A stretch of 64,000 nucleotides of DNA, taken from the NCBI GenBank assembly GCA_964016885.1, contig OZ024741.1:156736001-156800000 (forward strand), given 5' to 3'. Source of the DNA: Eledone cirrhosa. Taxonomy: Eukaryota. Of this stretch, positions 14,665 to 28,959 are shown piece after piece. The notes under the pieces were generated by a model that ran no database searches, was not told where the DNA came from, and saw only the letters and a program-made list of their open reading frames with translations. A program made the translations under genes and the position numbers. The first letter of the stretch is position 1, and each line of letters starts with the position of its first letter.

Positions 14665-14964
14665 GCTGGCTAACTTGAGGAGAGGGGTGCTCTCCTGGGT
14701 GCCCTAGAAGCGCAGGGTGGTTCAGGATTGGTGGGGTACCTGAAGCACCCCAGGGTCGTAGACCCCCTATCGGGGAATTTATTTGTTATATTTATGCATA
14801 GTTTATTTTATATTTTTATATTTTCATTGTTAAATTAGTCTTGCCATTGTGCACTTTTACTCGACCTTATTGTAAATCCCCACTGTCCCTGTCTTTGTAT
14901 TGTCCCCTACATGTCGGCCCCTGCGGCTAATAAATGAAATCACTATTATTATTATTATTATTAA

Positions 14965-14997
<33 letters not shown>

Positions 14998-15131
14998 TAC
15001 TATATATATATATATATATATATAAATTAATAAAAACAATGAATAAAAACAAAGAAACAGTTCCTTATATTAAAAAATTCATCATTTTACGATCGTTTCT
15101 AGGATATATATGTGTGTGTTGGTATTTATCT

Positions 15132-15199
<68 letters not shown>

Positions 15200-15231
15200 A
15201 GATCAAAAGATGCTTAAAGGAGTTCAATATA

Positions 15232-15298
15232 TTTTATTATGCGCATTTCAAAAACAAACATCATCAAACAATAATATTTGTGTTTTCATCAGATAAAA
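15232..15298 (-). ncRNA. Type I hammerhead ribozyme in the PLE pLTR
   Basis: ttttat CTGATGA [long stem II] GAAA tgcgca TA ataaaa, with palindromic stem III. Confidence 0.8.
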
Positions 15299-16498
15299 CA
15301 GGAGAACATGATATGAAGGCTAAAAAAAACACTTGTTGATAGTGCAGTTTTAAATCAACATTTGAAAAGTGGTTTTAGATTGATGTGTGATATTGGGAAA
15401 AATATTTTATTTAGAGAGGGGGGGAGAGAAAAGGATGAAAAGGGAAGGAGATGAGAGGGAGAGATGGGTGATAGAGAGAAAGAGATAGTTTTTATAACTG
15501 AGAGGAGATATATTTTATAAAGAGGGGTTGAAAACCGTTGGAAGATACTGTATAAATTAAAATTTTTTTGAAAATTAACGAAGGGAGGATATGTGCGAGG
15601 AAAAAATATATTATATTTAGGGAGGGGGGGGGGGAAAGGATGAAAAAAAGGGGAGGAGATGAGAGTGAAGGTGGAAAGGGAGAGATGGGTGATAGAGAGA
15701 AAGAGATAGTTTTTATAACTGAGAAAAAGATATAATGTTTTAATATAGAGAGGTTGGGAACCGTTGGAAGATAATGTATAAATTAAAGGAATTTGAAAAT
15801 TAACGAAGGGAAATTATGTATGGAGATAGAGAGAAAAAAATAATAATTGTGGGTGAATATTCTAACGTCAAAAGAAGAAATGTAGGAATTTTAAAATTAG
15901 CAAAGAGAAAAAGTTTATGTGTAGAAGGATTTGAGAAAAATAATGTGAAGTTAAAGTTTGTATATTGAATTCATATGTATTAATAATGAGTTCGTTGATG
16001 GGGAGAAAAAAATAATAATAAATTAAGGATGAAATTGAGATTAAAAAGATTTATGATAGAGAGAAAAAATAATAATGATTGCGGATGAATACTCAAAATG
16101 TCAAAAACAAATGTTATTGTTTTACGAGGAGATAGAATGAGGGTGATGAGTAAACGAGTATTATAGAGTGTATAATGCCCTTTAAAGTAAGGTAGATGGG
16201 TATATTTTAAAGAATATATGAGTATATATTAAAAAAATATATAATAATAAATTAAGGATGAAATTGAGATTAAAAAGATTTATGATAGAGGGAAAAAATA
16301 ATAATGATTGCGGATGAATATTCAAAATGTCAAAAACAAATGTTATTGTTTTACGAGAAGATAGGATGAGGGTAATGAGTAAACGAGTATTATAGAGTGT
16401 ATAATGCCCTTTAAAGTAAGGTAGATGGGTATATATTAAAAGAGGTGTATGTATATGTGCCTTTGAGAAAAGATTCTAAATTGATAAAGAATTGAATA

Positions 16499-18350
16499 TT
16501 AACTGTATACTTTGTGAAAAGTTCTATGGAATTTATGCAGGCAGATGGAAAACAAATCCGAGCGTCTATTTATTATGGATTCTAGGTTAGAGATAATGGT
16601 AATTTTTTCATTTAGGCAGAGATTACAGATTTTAGATAGAGAGCTGTTCAAGTACGAGGATGCAGAAGAAATCTTTTTCCAAAAGATGTTATATTTAATG
16701 TTTTTGTCTTTTAAGGACCATATGAGTTCTGAGAGAGCAGTGTTAGTTCTTTTAAGTTTGTATTTGAAAGATGAATGATGATTATAGAGACGAGCTTTAA
16801 AAGAGGTGGAAGTGGAGCCAAAATAGGTGAAGGAATTGGTGCTAGTTATAATTTTACATTCATAAATTAAGTTTTTATCGAGGCAATGGTTGTTGAGAGG
16901 ACATTTATTTTTAATGCGGCAGTTGCAATTAGAGAGATTATTAATGAGTGATCTAGTGTTATCTATAGAAGGAATTGGATTGGAGAAGTTGTTTGCGATA
17001 GGAATAATAGGAATAATAGTTTCTTGATTTAGAGTTGGATTATGAACATTTAGCGAAGTTGTGTTTGACGTTGCATTTGGGTTTACAGAAGTTAGCCTAG
17101 GGTTTACAATGACGTCAGGAGTACTATTATTGTTATTATGAAATTCAATATTGGAAGGAAGAGATTTAGTATTTAATATTTTGTTGTTGTGTTTAGAGAT
17201 GATGTTGGAAATATTGGAGGATGTAGAATACGAAAATTTGATGGTGTGTTTGTTAAATATTTTACTATAGATATGTGAGGGAGGGAAGCATTTATTTAAG
17301 GCACTAAAAAATAATTTAGGAATATTGTTATTAATAGAGATGGAGAAAGGAGCATTATACCAGATTATGTTTTTGTATCTAGGTCTTTTATTAAAATTAT
17401 TGGAATGGTTATGATTAAATATTCTACTGTAAGTTTTCCTAGAATTTGTTTCTTTATTATATTTGATTTTATCTGGATAGCCGGCTTTAGAAAGTGCGTT
17501 ATTATAGTAATTGGCGTTAGCATCAAAGATGTTTTTATTAGAAGATATGTTAGATATTCTATTTCCAATATTATTAACTATAGCATTCTTGATATTGGTA
17601 GGATGGTTAGATTTAAAGTTAACATAATTAAGATTCTCATTGTTTTTATGGTAAGGGTAATATAGGCCAGTGTCAAGATTAAGAGATACATCCAAGAAAT
17701 TAGCTAGTTTGGTACTATTATCAAATTCAATTTTTAGGTTATGTTGGTTAAAGAGATTACGTATATTGTTCTTAATAATATTAAGTTTAACTATATTGCA
17801 ATTTAGGATAGTAAAGAGTCCATCGTCACGATAAATTCCACCGCGAAGTTGAGGAATTTTCCGACTCAAAGAGTTCAAAATGAAGATACCAATTAAATCA
17901 GTCAATTGGGATGAATCGGATGCTCCCATTGTGATGTCGAAGTTGTTAGAGGTATCGGCTCTGGTCCAATATTCGTTGTTGAACTCTAGGATGGTTTTAC
18001 GTGCGGTGAGGATGATGTGAAGTTCATCTGTGGTGATGTCAGAATATTTAAGTGCGAAAGATAGAGCATTATTGAGAAGTGAAGGCGAAATGGAGGAATA
18101 GTAGCTGGCAATATCGAATTGAATAAATTTTAGTTTGTTTTTATTATCCAATTTGTTGAACCAGCCAATCACTTCAGAAGTACCAAACCATAAATTTAGG
18201 TTTAAAGAAGAGCAATTAGAACTAACCTGTGGGATAATCCTATCCAAGATGGCTTTACTAACAACCCCCAGATCAGATTTAGAGGGGGCGATTAATCTAA
18301 CAGGTAGTTCAGTGAGAAAATTGTTTTTGTGATCCTTGAGATTTATTAAA
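16499..18350 (-). CDS. PLE polyprotein (RT plus GIY-YIG endonuclease), 5'-truncated but open
   Basis: QFDIASYYSSI, TMGASDS, IYRDDGL, NFLDV; CNC..CPL..C, IYEC..YFGST..FKARLYNH, CNLC..EK..C.H. The frame extends upstream of 18247 (LKDHK..PVRLIAPSKSDLG) to the inversion junction. Confidence 0.88.
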
Positions 18351-18788
18351 ACATTATATCTTTTTCTCAGTTATAAAAACTATCTCTTTCTCTCTATCAC
18401 CCATCTCTCCCTTTCCACCTTCACTCTCATCTCCTCCCCTTTTTTTCATCCTTTCCCCCCCCCTCCCTAAATATAATATATTTTTTCCTCGCACATATCC
18501 TCCCTTCGTTAATTTTCAAAAATTTTTTAATTTATACAGTATCTTCCAACGGTTTTCAACCCCTCTTTATAAAATATATCTCCTCTCAGTTATAAAAACT
18601 ATCTCTTTCTCTCTATCACCCATCTCTCCCTCTCATCTCCTTCCCTTTTCATCCTTTTCTCTCCCCCCCTCTCTAAATAAAATATTTTTCCCAATATCAC
18701 ACATCAATCTAAAACCACTTTTCATATGTTGATTTAAAACTGCACTATCAACAAGTGTTTTTTTTAGCCTTCATATCATGTTCTCCTG

Positions 18789-18855
18789 TTTTATCTGATG
18801 AAAATACAAATATTATTGTTTGATGATGTTTGTTTTTGAAATGCGCATAATAAAA
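18789..18855 (+). ncRNA. Type I hammerhead ribozyme in the inverted pLTR copy
   Basis: ttttat CTGATGA aaatacaaatattatt-gttt-gatgatgtttgttttt GAAA tgcgca TA ataaaa; predicted cleavage after 18849. Confidence 0.8.
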
Positions 18856-18978
18856 TATATTGAACTCCTTTAACCATCTTTTGATCTTATATTATGCATA
18901 CTCCAGTCCCACAAACTGTAGAGTGCTTCTTATCCGATATCTGCATTGCTTTATTGTACTACAATAAAACTCACCTCC

Positions 18979-19068
<90 letters not shown>

Positions 19069-19399
19069 TATACATATATATATACATATATATATATATG
19101 TGTGTGTGTGTGTATGAATGTGATTTTGTGTGAACGTGTCTCTCTCTCTATATATATATGTACAGACATACGTTGATATCATATGCTGACATTGCGTGTG
19201 TGCGTGCATGATATAAACCATATATCCAGACTTTTCAAACTTTATTGGGCTTCCATCATCTAAATAACCTCAAGGAAATAGATAATCGATTTGCTTATAT
19301 ACCCTATCATGAAATGGATGGACTGGTTTGCATAGTATTAGCGCTCATGGTGGCAGTTATTGAATATATATATATTAAACTGTGAGTTAAGCTGCCGAA

Positions 19400-19444
<45 letters not shown>

Positions 19445-19446
<2 letters not shown>

Positions 19447-19945
19447 TATTGAAGTTTCCGTTGAAAATTGAAAAAGTCATAGGAGTGAAGAGTGCTCTAT
19501 GTAAGTACCAGAGCAAAATTTAATGTATAATAAACAATACAATATAATTACCTCACTACCAGAGGTTTCCCGAATAAGACGAATACGAAAAACGTCCTCA
19601 TTCGTTCGTCGGACAAGGCAATTTAAAACATAGTGAAATATTTGGAAAGTCTCCCCAAGAAATGCAAAACATATAAATAAAAGTAATGAAAGAGATATAT
19701 AAAAAAAATATAAGGAAATATAGTTAGGGTATGTGTATATGTATGTATATACACTCACAAATGTACATATGTGTGTATGTACAAATGCATGTGTATGGTG
19801 AAAATGTGTGCGTTAGTACATATATGAGGGCAAGTATATTTGTGTATATGTGACCACAAATACGTATAATATATGAGTTGAAAAAGAAATTGTATGAAAA
19901 TATGGTTGACACGCATCCAGATACAGGTATTAAATACACATACGT
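19445..19945 (-). mobile_element. Second copy of the CCGACGA-hammerhead repeat (motif 19551-19618)
   Basis: Homology to 3438-3776. Minus strand reads ccttgt CCGACGA...GAAA cc-tct-gg TA gtgagg. Confidence 0.6.
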
Positions 19946-19946
19946 G

Positions 19947-22900
19947 TATGACAAGGGAGGCGCCGTAGTGGTGTGGTGCGCGGACCTCTACACGGCCGAA
20001 GCCCTCAGGCAGCTCTGTAACCCCCTCTTCTACCGCCTTCTACCCTCCGATCCCACCCCCCTCTACAACAACAAGTCTCCTCCACCATCAAAGATCTTAT
20101 CGCCTCCTCCCTCCTCCCCCCCCGCTTCCCACCTCATCGTCCGCACCCCCCGCACCCCCACCATCTACTTCCTCCCCAAACTCCACAAACCCGACAACCC
20201 CGGCCGCCCCATCGTCTCCGCTTGCAACTGCCCCACCGAACTCATCTCCGCCTTTCTCGACTCCATCCTCGCCCCCCTTGTCACCACCCTCCCCTCCCAC
20301 ATCTCCGACACCAACCACGCCCTGCGCCTTTTCGACTCCTTCACCTACCCACCCGGCCCACAGCCCTTCCTCTTCACCCTAGACATCAAGTCCCTCTATA
20401 CCGTCATCCCCCACGCCGACGGCCTACGCGCCCTCAAACACTACCTCGACCTTCGCCCCTCCCCCATTCCATCCACCCCCACCCTCCTTCGCCTCGCCGA
20501 GCTGGTCCTCACCCTCAATTGTTTCTCCTTCTCGGGTGAGTTTTACCAACAGGTCACGGGGGTAGCGTTGGTTACTAGAATGGGCCCGAACTATGCCAAC
20601 CTTTTTGTTGGCCATGTTGAGGCCCAAATCTTTGCCCAGTACATCGGCCCCACGTCCGAACTGTACGGTCGTTACATTGACGACTGTATCGGAGCCACGA
20701 CCCTCACCCGAGAACAGCTCGACTCCTTTCTCTCCTTCTTCTACTCCTCTATCTCCACCACCCACGTCCACTTCTTAGACATCTCCGTCGCCTTCGACTC
20801 CTCCCACCACTCCCTCGTCACCTCCGCCTTCTTCAAACCCACCGACTCCCACTCTTACCTCGACTTCACCTCTTCCCACCCCACCCACACTAAACACTCC
20901 ATTCCCTACTCCCAACTCCTCAGGATTCGCCGCCTCTGTAGCCGAGATGCTGACTTCGAGTCCCAGGCCCTTTCCCTAGTCAGCCATTTCATCCGTAGAG
21001 GTTACCCCCCCCCCCCTCTCTCGTCCACACCGCTCTCACCCGCGCCCGTGCTGTCCACCGCTCCACCACCCTCACCCCACGCCACTGCACACCCACCTAC
21101 CGTCTCCCCTTCCCCATCACCTACCACCCCTCCACCTTACCCCTCCACCGCACCATCCGCCGCCTCTTCCGACGCCTCCAGTCCGACCCCTCCACCTCCC
21201 ACATCTTCCCAACCCCACCACTCCCCTCCTTCAAACGCGCACGCAATCTCCGCACCCTCCTCGTCCACAGCTCCCTACCCCCCAACCCACGCTCTGCCCC
21301 CCCCCCCGGTTCCTTTCCCTGTTCTAGGCCCCGCTGCAACACCTGACCCCACATCACCAATACCACCACATTCCAGGGTCCCAACGGCCACTCTCTCTCT
21401 GTCCGGCATGCTTTCCGCTGCACCTCCTCCAACCTAGTCTACGGACTTATGTCGGACAGACGGGACGTCGCCTGGCGGACCGATTCACTGAGCACCTCCG
21501 GGATATTCGTCTCGGTGGTAGTTCCCCCATCGCCCGCCACTTTGGTGGCCCTGGACATTCCGCACGCCATCTCACAGTCTGTGGCTTACTCCAATGCCAC
21601 GGAACACCCGCCAATCGCCTTAGAGTCGAACAAAGAACTATCTTCATCTTACAGACCCACACTTCCCCCGGCCTGAACTCCCCACCCTTATTCCTTTAGC
21701 CTTCGACCGCCCCCCTCCCCCCACACTTATCCCCCACTAACACCACTAACACACCCCTCCTTTTCACCGCCAACCCCACAACTAACAATACTAACACCTC
21801 CACTCCACCCCTCATCCGACCACCCTTCCCCAACTGACATACTAACATCCCTCCCTTCTTCTCCTCCTCCCCCTCCTTATCACACGCACACACACACCGG
21901 CACATATATACACGCGCTCACACTAAACACACACCCTACTACCACCACTAACCCTCACCCCCACACCTCCATCCCACCACCCCGCAACTAACCTCACTAA
22001 CACCCCCTGACCCCAAGCACACGAACACACGCAGCCACTTACACCACCCACCCCACACGCAACTAACATCACTAACACCCCCCAACGCCACGCACACGTA
22101 CCCACACACCCTCGTACACCACCAACTCTACACACCCTACCACCACTAACCCCCACTCACACCTGCATTCAACCCTTCCCCACCTCCCGTATACTAACAC
22201 CCACTAACACCCCCTTCATCAAACTACACACACACCAGTACACCACACTCCCTCCATAGAACTACACACACCCTTCTCTCCCCGCTCCACCCACACCCTC
22301 GCTCCACACGCACTCATCCCAATAACACCTCTACTAATACACACACACACCCTCCTCACTCCAACTTTCACACCTACCCATCCTCGCCCCTTTACCATTC
22401 CACCGACTGCTGCTATGCCCTCTGACCACCTCCCAGCACAAACAGACACACAGCACTCCCAGTGCTTGACCACTTCCTGTTGCGCGCGCAACCCATATCT
22501 CTCCTCTTCCGACCATCTTCATGGAATACTCGTATGTGGAACTTGACCACCACGGAATCCACTAAACATCATAGGATTTTACCAACTTTTCAACCATCCT
22601 CTTACGGAATCACCTATATAACTCACCCACACACACATCCAAAAATTTTTTCTCCACACGCCACCTACACCAACAATACGCTTAAACCCCACACACACGT
22701 GCTTTCCACCACATATTTACACCCTCAGCCTCCTGATTCCTCTCCCCCCACCCCTCTATCCACACACGCACAGACACTCCGACCTACCCCCCCCCCCCCC
22801 CCACCACCACCACCACACACACACCTCTTCCTGAACATGCAACCCGTTCTTCCCCCAACCCTTACTTTCACATACACACACACACACACGTACACCTACA

Positions 22901-23292
22901 CACACACACACCACCTTCAGCCCTCCCCGCTCGGACACCCCGTCTCCCTCTCCCCACTCCACCCACCACCACCCCTACACACCCCACACCCTTCCACCAC
23001 CTGTTTTACCACCTTTTTAATTTCAGTTTATTTTGATCATGCTTTTATATTTAATTTTATTTCATTCCTTGTATTTTGATCATGCTTTATTTTTATTTTT
23101 ATTTTTAATTTCATTCGCACCGTTTCCTTTCGCTATATGTCTCTCCACCACTCTCCTACACACCCTTTGAACTCTGTTCCCACACATTTCTCACCTGAGG
23201 AAGGGCTTATGCCCGAAACGTCGTTCCCCACCAACACCCCACTCTCCAGAGCGTGAAATTAATAAACATTCGTTGTACTGCCTCTCTGTTTT
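19947..23292 (+). mobile_element. C-rich PLE (Neptune-like, tentative), 5'-truncated and frameshifted
   Basis: DKGGAVVVW, YFLPKLHKPDNPGRPIVS, LDIKSLYT, YGRYIDD, FLD. An alternative frame gives FPCSRPRCNT and YVGQTGRRLADRFTEHLRDI (GIY-YIG). Long C-rich 3' UTR, HHR-like core at 23195-23222, AATAAA at 23261. Confidence 0.88.
23191..23224 (+). ncRNA. Minimal hammerhead-like motif, weak stem I
   Basis: CTGAGGA a-gggc-ttat-gccc GAAA cg TC; only 2 bp of stem I. Confidence 0.5.
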
Positions 23293-23336
23293 GTTCCTGT
23301 TCAAATTTGTCCATTATATATATATATATATATATG

Positions 23337-23419
<83 letters not shown>

Positions 23420-23473
23420 CGTTTCTGAATTTGTTTAGCAAGATTCTTTATTTGAAAACGTGTGTTGAAACCG

Positions 23474-23568
23474 ATATTGTTATGCTTTGGGAGGGTCATG
23501 TTGCCTAATAAGAAACACACGCGTGTATTTCTTATTGGCAACATGACCCTCCCAAAGCATAACAATAT
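23474..23568. repeat. Near-perfect palindrome made from a PLE 3' terminus
   Basis: Arms are reverse complements around acacgcgtgt. The right arm matches 30491-30535. Confidence 0.85.
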
Positions 23569-23575
23569 ATATATA

Positions 23576-24577
<1,002 letters not shown>

Positions 24578-24687
24578 AAATAACAGATTAAAGTTTAAGC
24601 AAAGAATCGCTGCTTTCATCCTTAACGGGATCTTCTGAAACTAACAAAGTCAATCTGTGAACGCAGAAGTGAATATTTCAAAAAACG

Positions 24688-24755
<68 letters not shown>

Positions 24756-25081
24756 CGTATGTATTATTCTTAGTCAGTCTATATTGCCACCAGATAATCT
24801 ATATTTATCTTCCACAATTTTTATGACGGTTACAAATTGTTTAGGTATTTATTTAATAATTTTTGTTTGTTTTTCTTCTAAGTCTAGTCCATATAAGCGA
24901 TGAACAACTATTGTCAATCTGAAAATATATGTTTAATATCTTTTCTCGCATTCCAACAATATACATATACATATATATTATATACATATACATGGTGTAT
25001 ATGTTTGTGTATATATGTATACGTGTATACATAATTTTATATAGATATATGTACGTATATATGTATGTATGTATGTATGTG

Positions 25082-25145
<64 letters not shown>

Positions 25146-25150
<5 letters not shown>

Positions 25151-25420
25151 ATATTAAATAAATGGAAAACTATATTTATAAAACCATATTTATTCTATTA
25201 TATATATCCAAGGGAAACTTGAACCATTAAGGTATATTTTCCTTGGTTATGTCAAAATTTATAAAACACACTTCGTATTGTATCTGATGAGAGTGTACTA
25301 AAATGTTGGTACCCTTGAAATATATATAATAGAATAAATATGGTTTTATAAAATATAGTTTTCCATTTATTTAATATCATTGAATATTATACTCCAAAAA
25401 ACTTGTCGAGTGCTCTAAAT
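25146..25420 (+). mobile_element. Mini PLE-derived element with inverted end and hammerhead (25276-25336)
   Basis: tattgtat CTGATGA gagtgtacta..tggtaccctt GAAA tatata TA atagaata. 25146-25207 is an inverted copy of 25321-25383. A relative lies at 48169-48273. Confidence 0.75.
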
Positions 25421-25480
25421 CAGTTATAAACATTTATATTTGTTGAATTACCAACAAATTGAATATCCCTTTTGCTTATG

Positions 25481-25580
<100 letters not shown>

Positions 25581-25589
25581 GGGGGGGTT

Positions 25590-25915
25590 GTAAGATAGCA
25601 GGTGGTCCATAATGCACCAGAGTACTCGATACATGGGGTGGTAGTAGAGTGGGTAATATGAAAAGTTTCAGGACCCCGGCGGCTGAGCTCCCACCGTTCG
25701 GATCTAGCTGTCGAAACGGCCGGAGCTCAACCGTCAGGATCCTCGAATGTTTTCATATGAATGTATATATATATAGCAAAAGAGTCAGGACCCCAACGAC
25801 AGCTCTGGCCGTTTCGACAGCTACTTCGGATCTAGATGTCCTGAATCTTTTCCTAAGTATCGAGTACTCTGGTCTGTTTTTATCCACCTGGTATCTTACC
25901 ACGCTTTCTTTGTTA
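25590..25915. mobile_element. Fold-back repeat family member (also 41493-41690 and 45741-46301)
   Basis: Shared segment ccctaagtatYgagtactctgg..ccacctgg..cttaccac and gccgtttcgac motifs occur in inverted arrangement. Confidence 0.65.
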
Positions 25916-26051
25916 TATATATATACATGATTGCTAAACACAGCCCATATATTCACAGATGGTCGTTTTACCCAACACACCTATCAATGTAAGTGTACAT
26001 ATATACGTATTTGTTTGCGCATGTGGTTGTGTGTGTGTGTGTGTGTGTGTG

Positions 26052-26112
<61 letters not shown>

Positions 26113-26250
26113 TGTGTCTGCATATACGGATTTATGCAAACTCGAGAATATATCGGTAGATGTATAGAGTGATGTATAACTTGATATGTCTCGATGGCCA
26201 GGAGACTCGTCTTTTGAAATTGAAAACAAAGCACGAAACATCTCTATTAC

Positions 26251-26252
<2 letters not shown>

Positions 26253-26301
<49 letters not shown>

Positions 26302-26830
26302 AGTGATCATACAGTGTGATTATGATGATGGTAGTGATGATTACGACTGATTTGGTAATGATGGTGATGACAACGATGAAGATGGCTTTGTCGATGGTGG
26401 TGATGGGTGATGATAATGATGAAAATGAGAGCATTGATGATGGTTGTGGTGGTAGAGATGGTGGTGGTGGTGATGGTGGTGGTGGTGATGGTGGTGTTGT
26501 TGTTGGTGGTGGTGGTGGTGGTGCTGCTGGTGCTGGTGCTGGTGATATGGGCGACGATAGTGATGAAAAGGAGAACATTGTTGATGGTGGTGGTGGTGGT
26601 GGTGGTGGTGACGGTGACGGTGGTGTTGTTGTTAGTGGTGGTGCTGGTGCTGGTGCTGGTGCTGGTGCTGGTGCTGGTGATATAGGTGATGATAGTGATG
26701 AAAATGAGAGTATTGATGATGGCGGTGGTGGTGGTGGTGGTGACGGTGGTGGTGGTGATGGTGGTGGTGTTGTTGGTGCAACAGCTGGTGCAGCTGCTGG
26801 TGGTGCGATAGTGATGATGTTGATGATTAT
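26253..26830. repeat. (TAG)n plus GGT/GAT/GCT low-complexity compound repeat
   Basis: Trinucleotide runs with internal duplications of about 140 bp. Confidence 0.85.
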
Positions 26831-27079
26831 GACAAATATATGATAATGGCAATGATACTCTAATTTGCGCAGTATAAGAATTACATATTCATTTTGCCTA
26901 TTTTATTTATTTTCTTCTTTAAGATATTCATTCATATAATTATGATCCTTCATATGATAAAAGTGGAATAATGTCTTACACGGTTTAATATTTTCCTTCT
27001 TTTAATTTTTGGTATCTAAATTACAATGACAGACAACATTCTTTGCGCCATACTAATACGTCTTTAAAAATACAGAACT

Positions 27080-27159
<80 letters not shown>

Positions 27160-27209
27160 GTAGTAGTAGTGGTGGTGGTGGCAGCGGCGGCAGCAGCAGC
27201 AACAGCAGC

Positions 27210-27259
<50 letters not shown>

Positions 27260-27288
27260 GAGGAGTTGTAGTAGTAGTAGTAGTAGTA
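27080..27288. repeat. (TAG)n/(GCA)n compound microsatellite
   Basis: Direct runs. Confidence 0.9.
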
Positions 27289-28111
27289 ATTAAATACCAA
27301 TTCATAAATGTTTTTAATGAGAAGAACCCACTACAATTTTGACGTGGTAGAGAGTGTGTTTTGATATGAAAAATGGAAGAGAGTGGTTGTTTTGTTTCGT
27401 TTCTGTACTTTTTTTCCTCTGTAAAATTATCAGATTGCAGTTTTTTTCCTCTCTATATTGATAAAGTTTTTTAAATAATTTAATATTTCTTCAAACGTAT
27501 TTTTGTTTTTTGTTTGTATTTTTTTAATTTGACGTCAGATACCTACTTCTATTCCCGGCAAAAAATACTTGCGTGTCCAGAAAGTTCTGTTCCTGACTAT
27601 CTCAATGCTATAACAACGCCACCGGCCGCTGTCTCATATGTTTATTGTTGAACTCATAAGCCCAAAAAACATCTGGCCTACTCTTGGTTCCTGGACAACC
27701 TTCCTACTTTCTTCTGTTATAGGGATAAAGATGATCACGACAAGAAATAACATCGCAAAGTGGACTCACTTCTTATTGAACAAATAGTGATAAAAACATA
27801 CAACACCATGGGCAACGAACCCTGCTCCTCTATTTACGGTGATTGAGATTGAGATAGTTATTCGCAAACACTAACCGACAAATTAGATTGGCTCCTTCAG
27901 TACAACTCGCAATTTTCTTCTTTCTTTCTATATTTTATTTTATCTTCTTCTATGGTTGCCACCGTCACAATCTGGCTTTTTCGCTTCCTCACATTTAATG
28001 AAAATATCACATTATATCACCACTCCTTCATATTTTCGACTCCAGATATTTATCGTTGCATATATACACCTACACGCACTTACAGTATACACATACATAT
28101 ATATCTGTGTG

Positions 28112-28171
<60 letters not shown>

Positions 28172-28213
28172 ACATATACACAGACACACAGATATATACG
28201 TATGTATATACTG

Positions 28214-28270
<57 letters not shown>

Positions 28271-28300
28271 GGAGTTCCACAACAGTTAGTTCACCATTAC

Positions 28301-28339
28301 CGAGAACAATTGTTTCACCTTATTCGGATCATCAGCCCG
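28301..28339 (-). ncRNA. Type I hammerhead ribozyme in a PLE 3' remnant (28268-28590)
   Basis: cggg CTGATGA tcc-gaataa-ggt GAAA caattg TT ctcg; homologous to 33063-33100. Confidence 0.75.
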
Positions 28340-28585
28340 ATTTAAATGAGGTTGTACGGAAAAAGAAAAACAACTGTACGATTACGCATGTGCAGAAATA
28401 GTCACTTCCGAGGGGGTGTCAGCCCATGGTAGATCGTTAGAGGGAGACAACTGTGGATACCAAAATAAAAATAGATTATTCATGTTATTCAGTCCAAAAT
28501 GTTCTGGACTGAATAACATAAGTTGTTTTAATGTGGAGAGTCCAGGTATGTCATTGATGCTGCAACGCGTGTGCAAATGAAAAGG

Positions 28586-28666
<81 letters not shown>

Positions 28667-28828
28667 GCCGGTCCCATCAATCTATTTTATTTCTCATTCT
28701 TTCTTCTGATCAAGGACTAGCGACCGAAACGTTAAGACCCTCTTCCTGCTATATCAAGCGTTAACCTAATATATACCTTCCATATACTGTATCGATTGTG
28801 TTCTTATTTCTGTTTACCTTTTACATAC

Positions 28829-28870
<42 letters not shown>

Positions 28871-28874
28871 GTAT

Positions 28875-28959
<85 letters not shown>

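Larger units (their letters stand above)
9053..14944 (+). mobile_element. Near full-length Tx1/L1-clade LINE (ORF1 plus APE-RT ORF2), disrupted
   Basis: ORF1 fragments 9279-11235 carry a CCHC knuckle. ORF2 has APE, RT and a C-terminal Zn motif. AATAAA near 14929 is followed by (ATT)n. Confidence 0.9.
15193..18894 (-). mobile_element. PLE with ~540-bp inverted terminal repeats (3' pLTR plus 5' inverted copy)
   Basis: 15193-~15730 is the near-perfect reverse complement of ~18355-18894. It encloses the RT/GIY-YIG ORF, and each arm carries a hammerhead. Confidence 0.9.

Noticed and set aside
19878-19946. N-terminus of the 519-aa ORF as a true start
   Set aside because: It derives from the adjacent repeat; PLE homology begins at DKG (about 19949), and the Pro/Ser tail is a frameshift artefact.
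26307-26852. Gly/Asp-rich or Thr-rich ORFs resembling structural proteins
   Set aside because: Trinucleotide low-complexity DNA open in several frames, with no splice or domain evidence.
28702-28737. Hammerhead-like tctt CTGATCA..GAAA cg TT aaga
   Set aside because: G8 is mutated and stem II is poor; counted only as a decayed relic.
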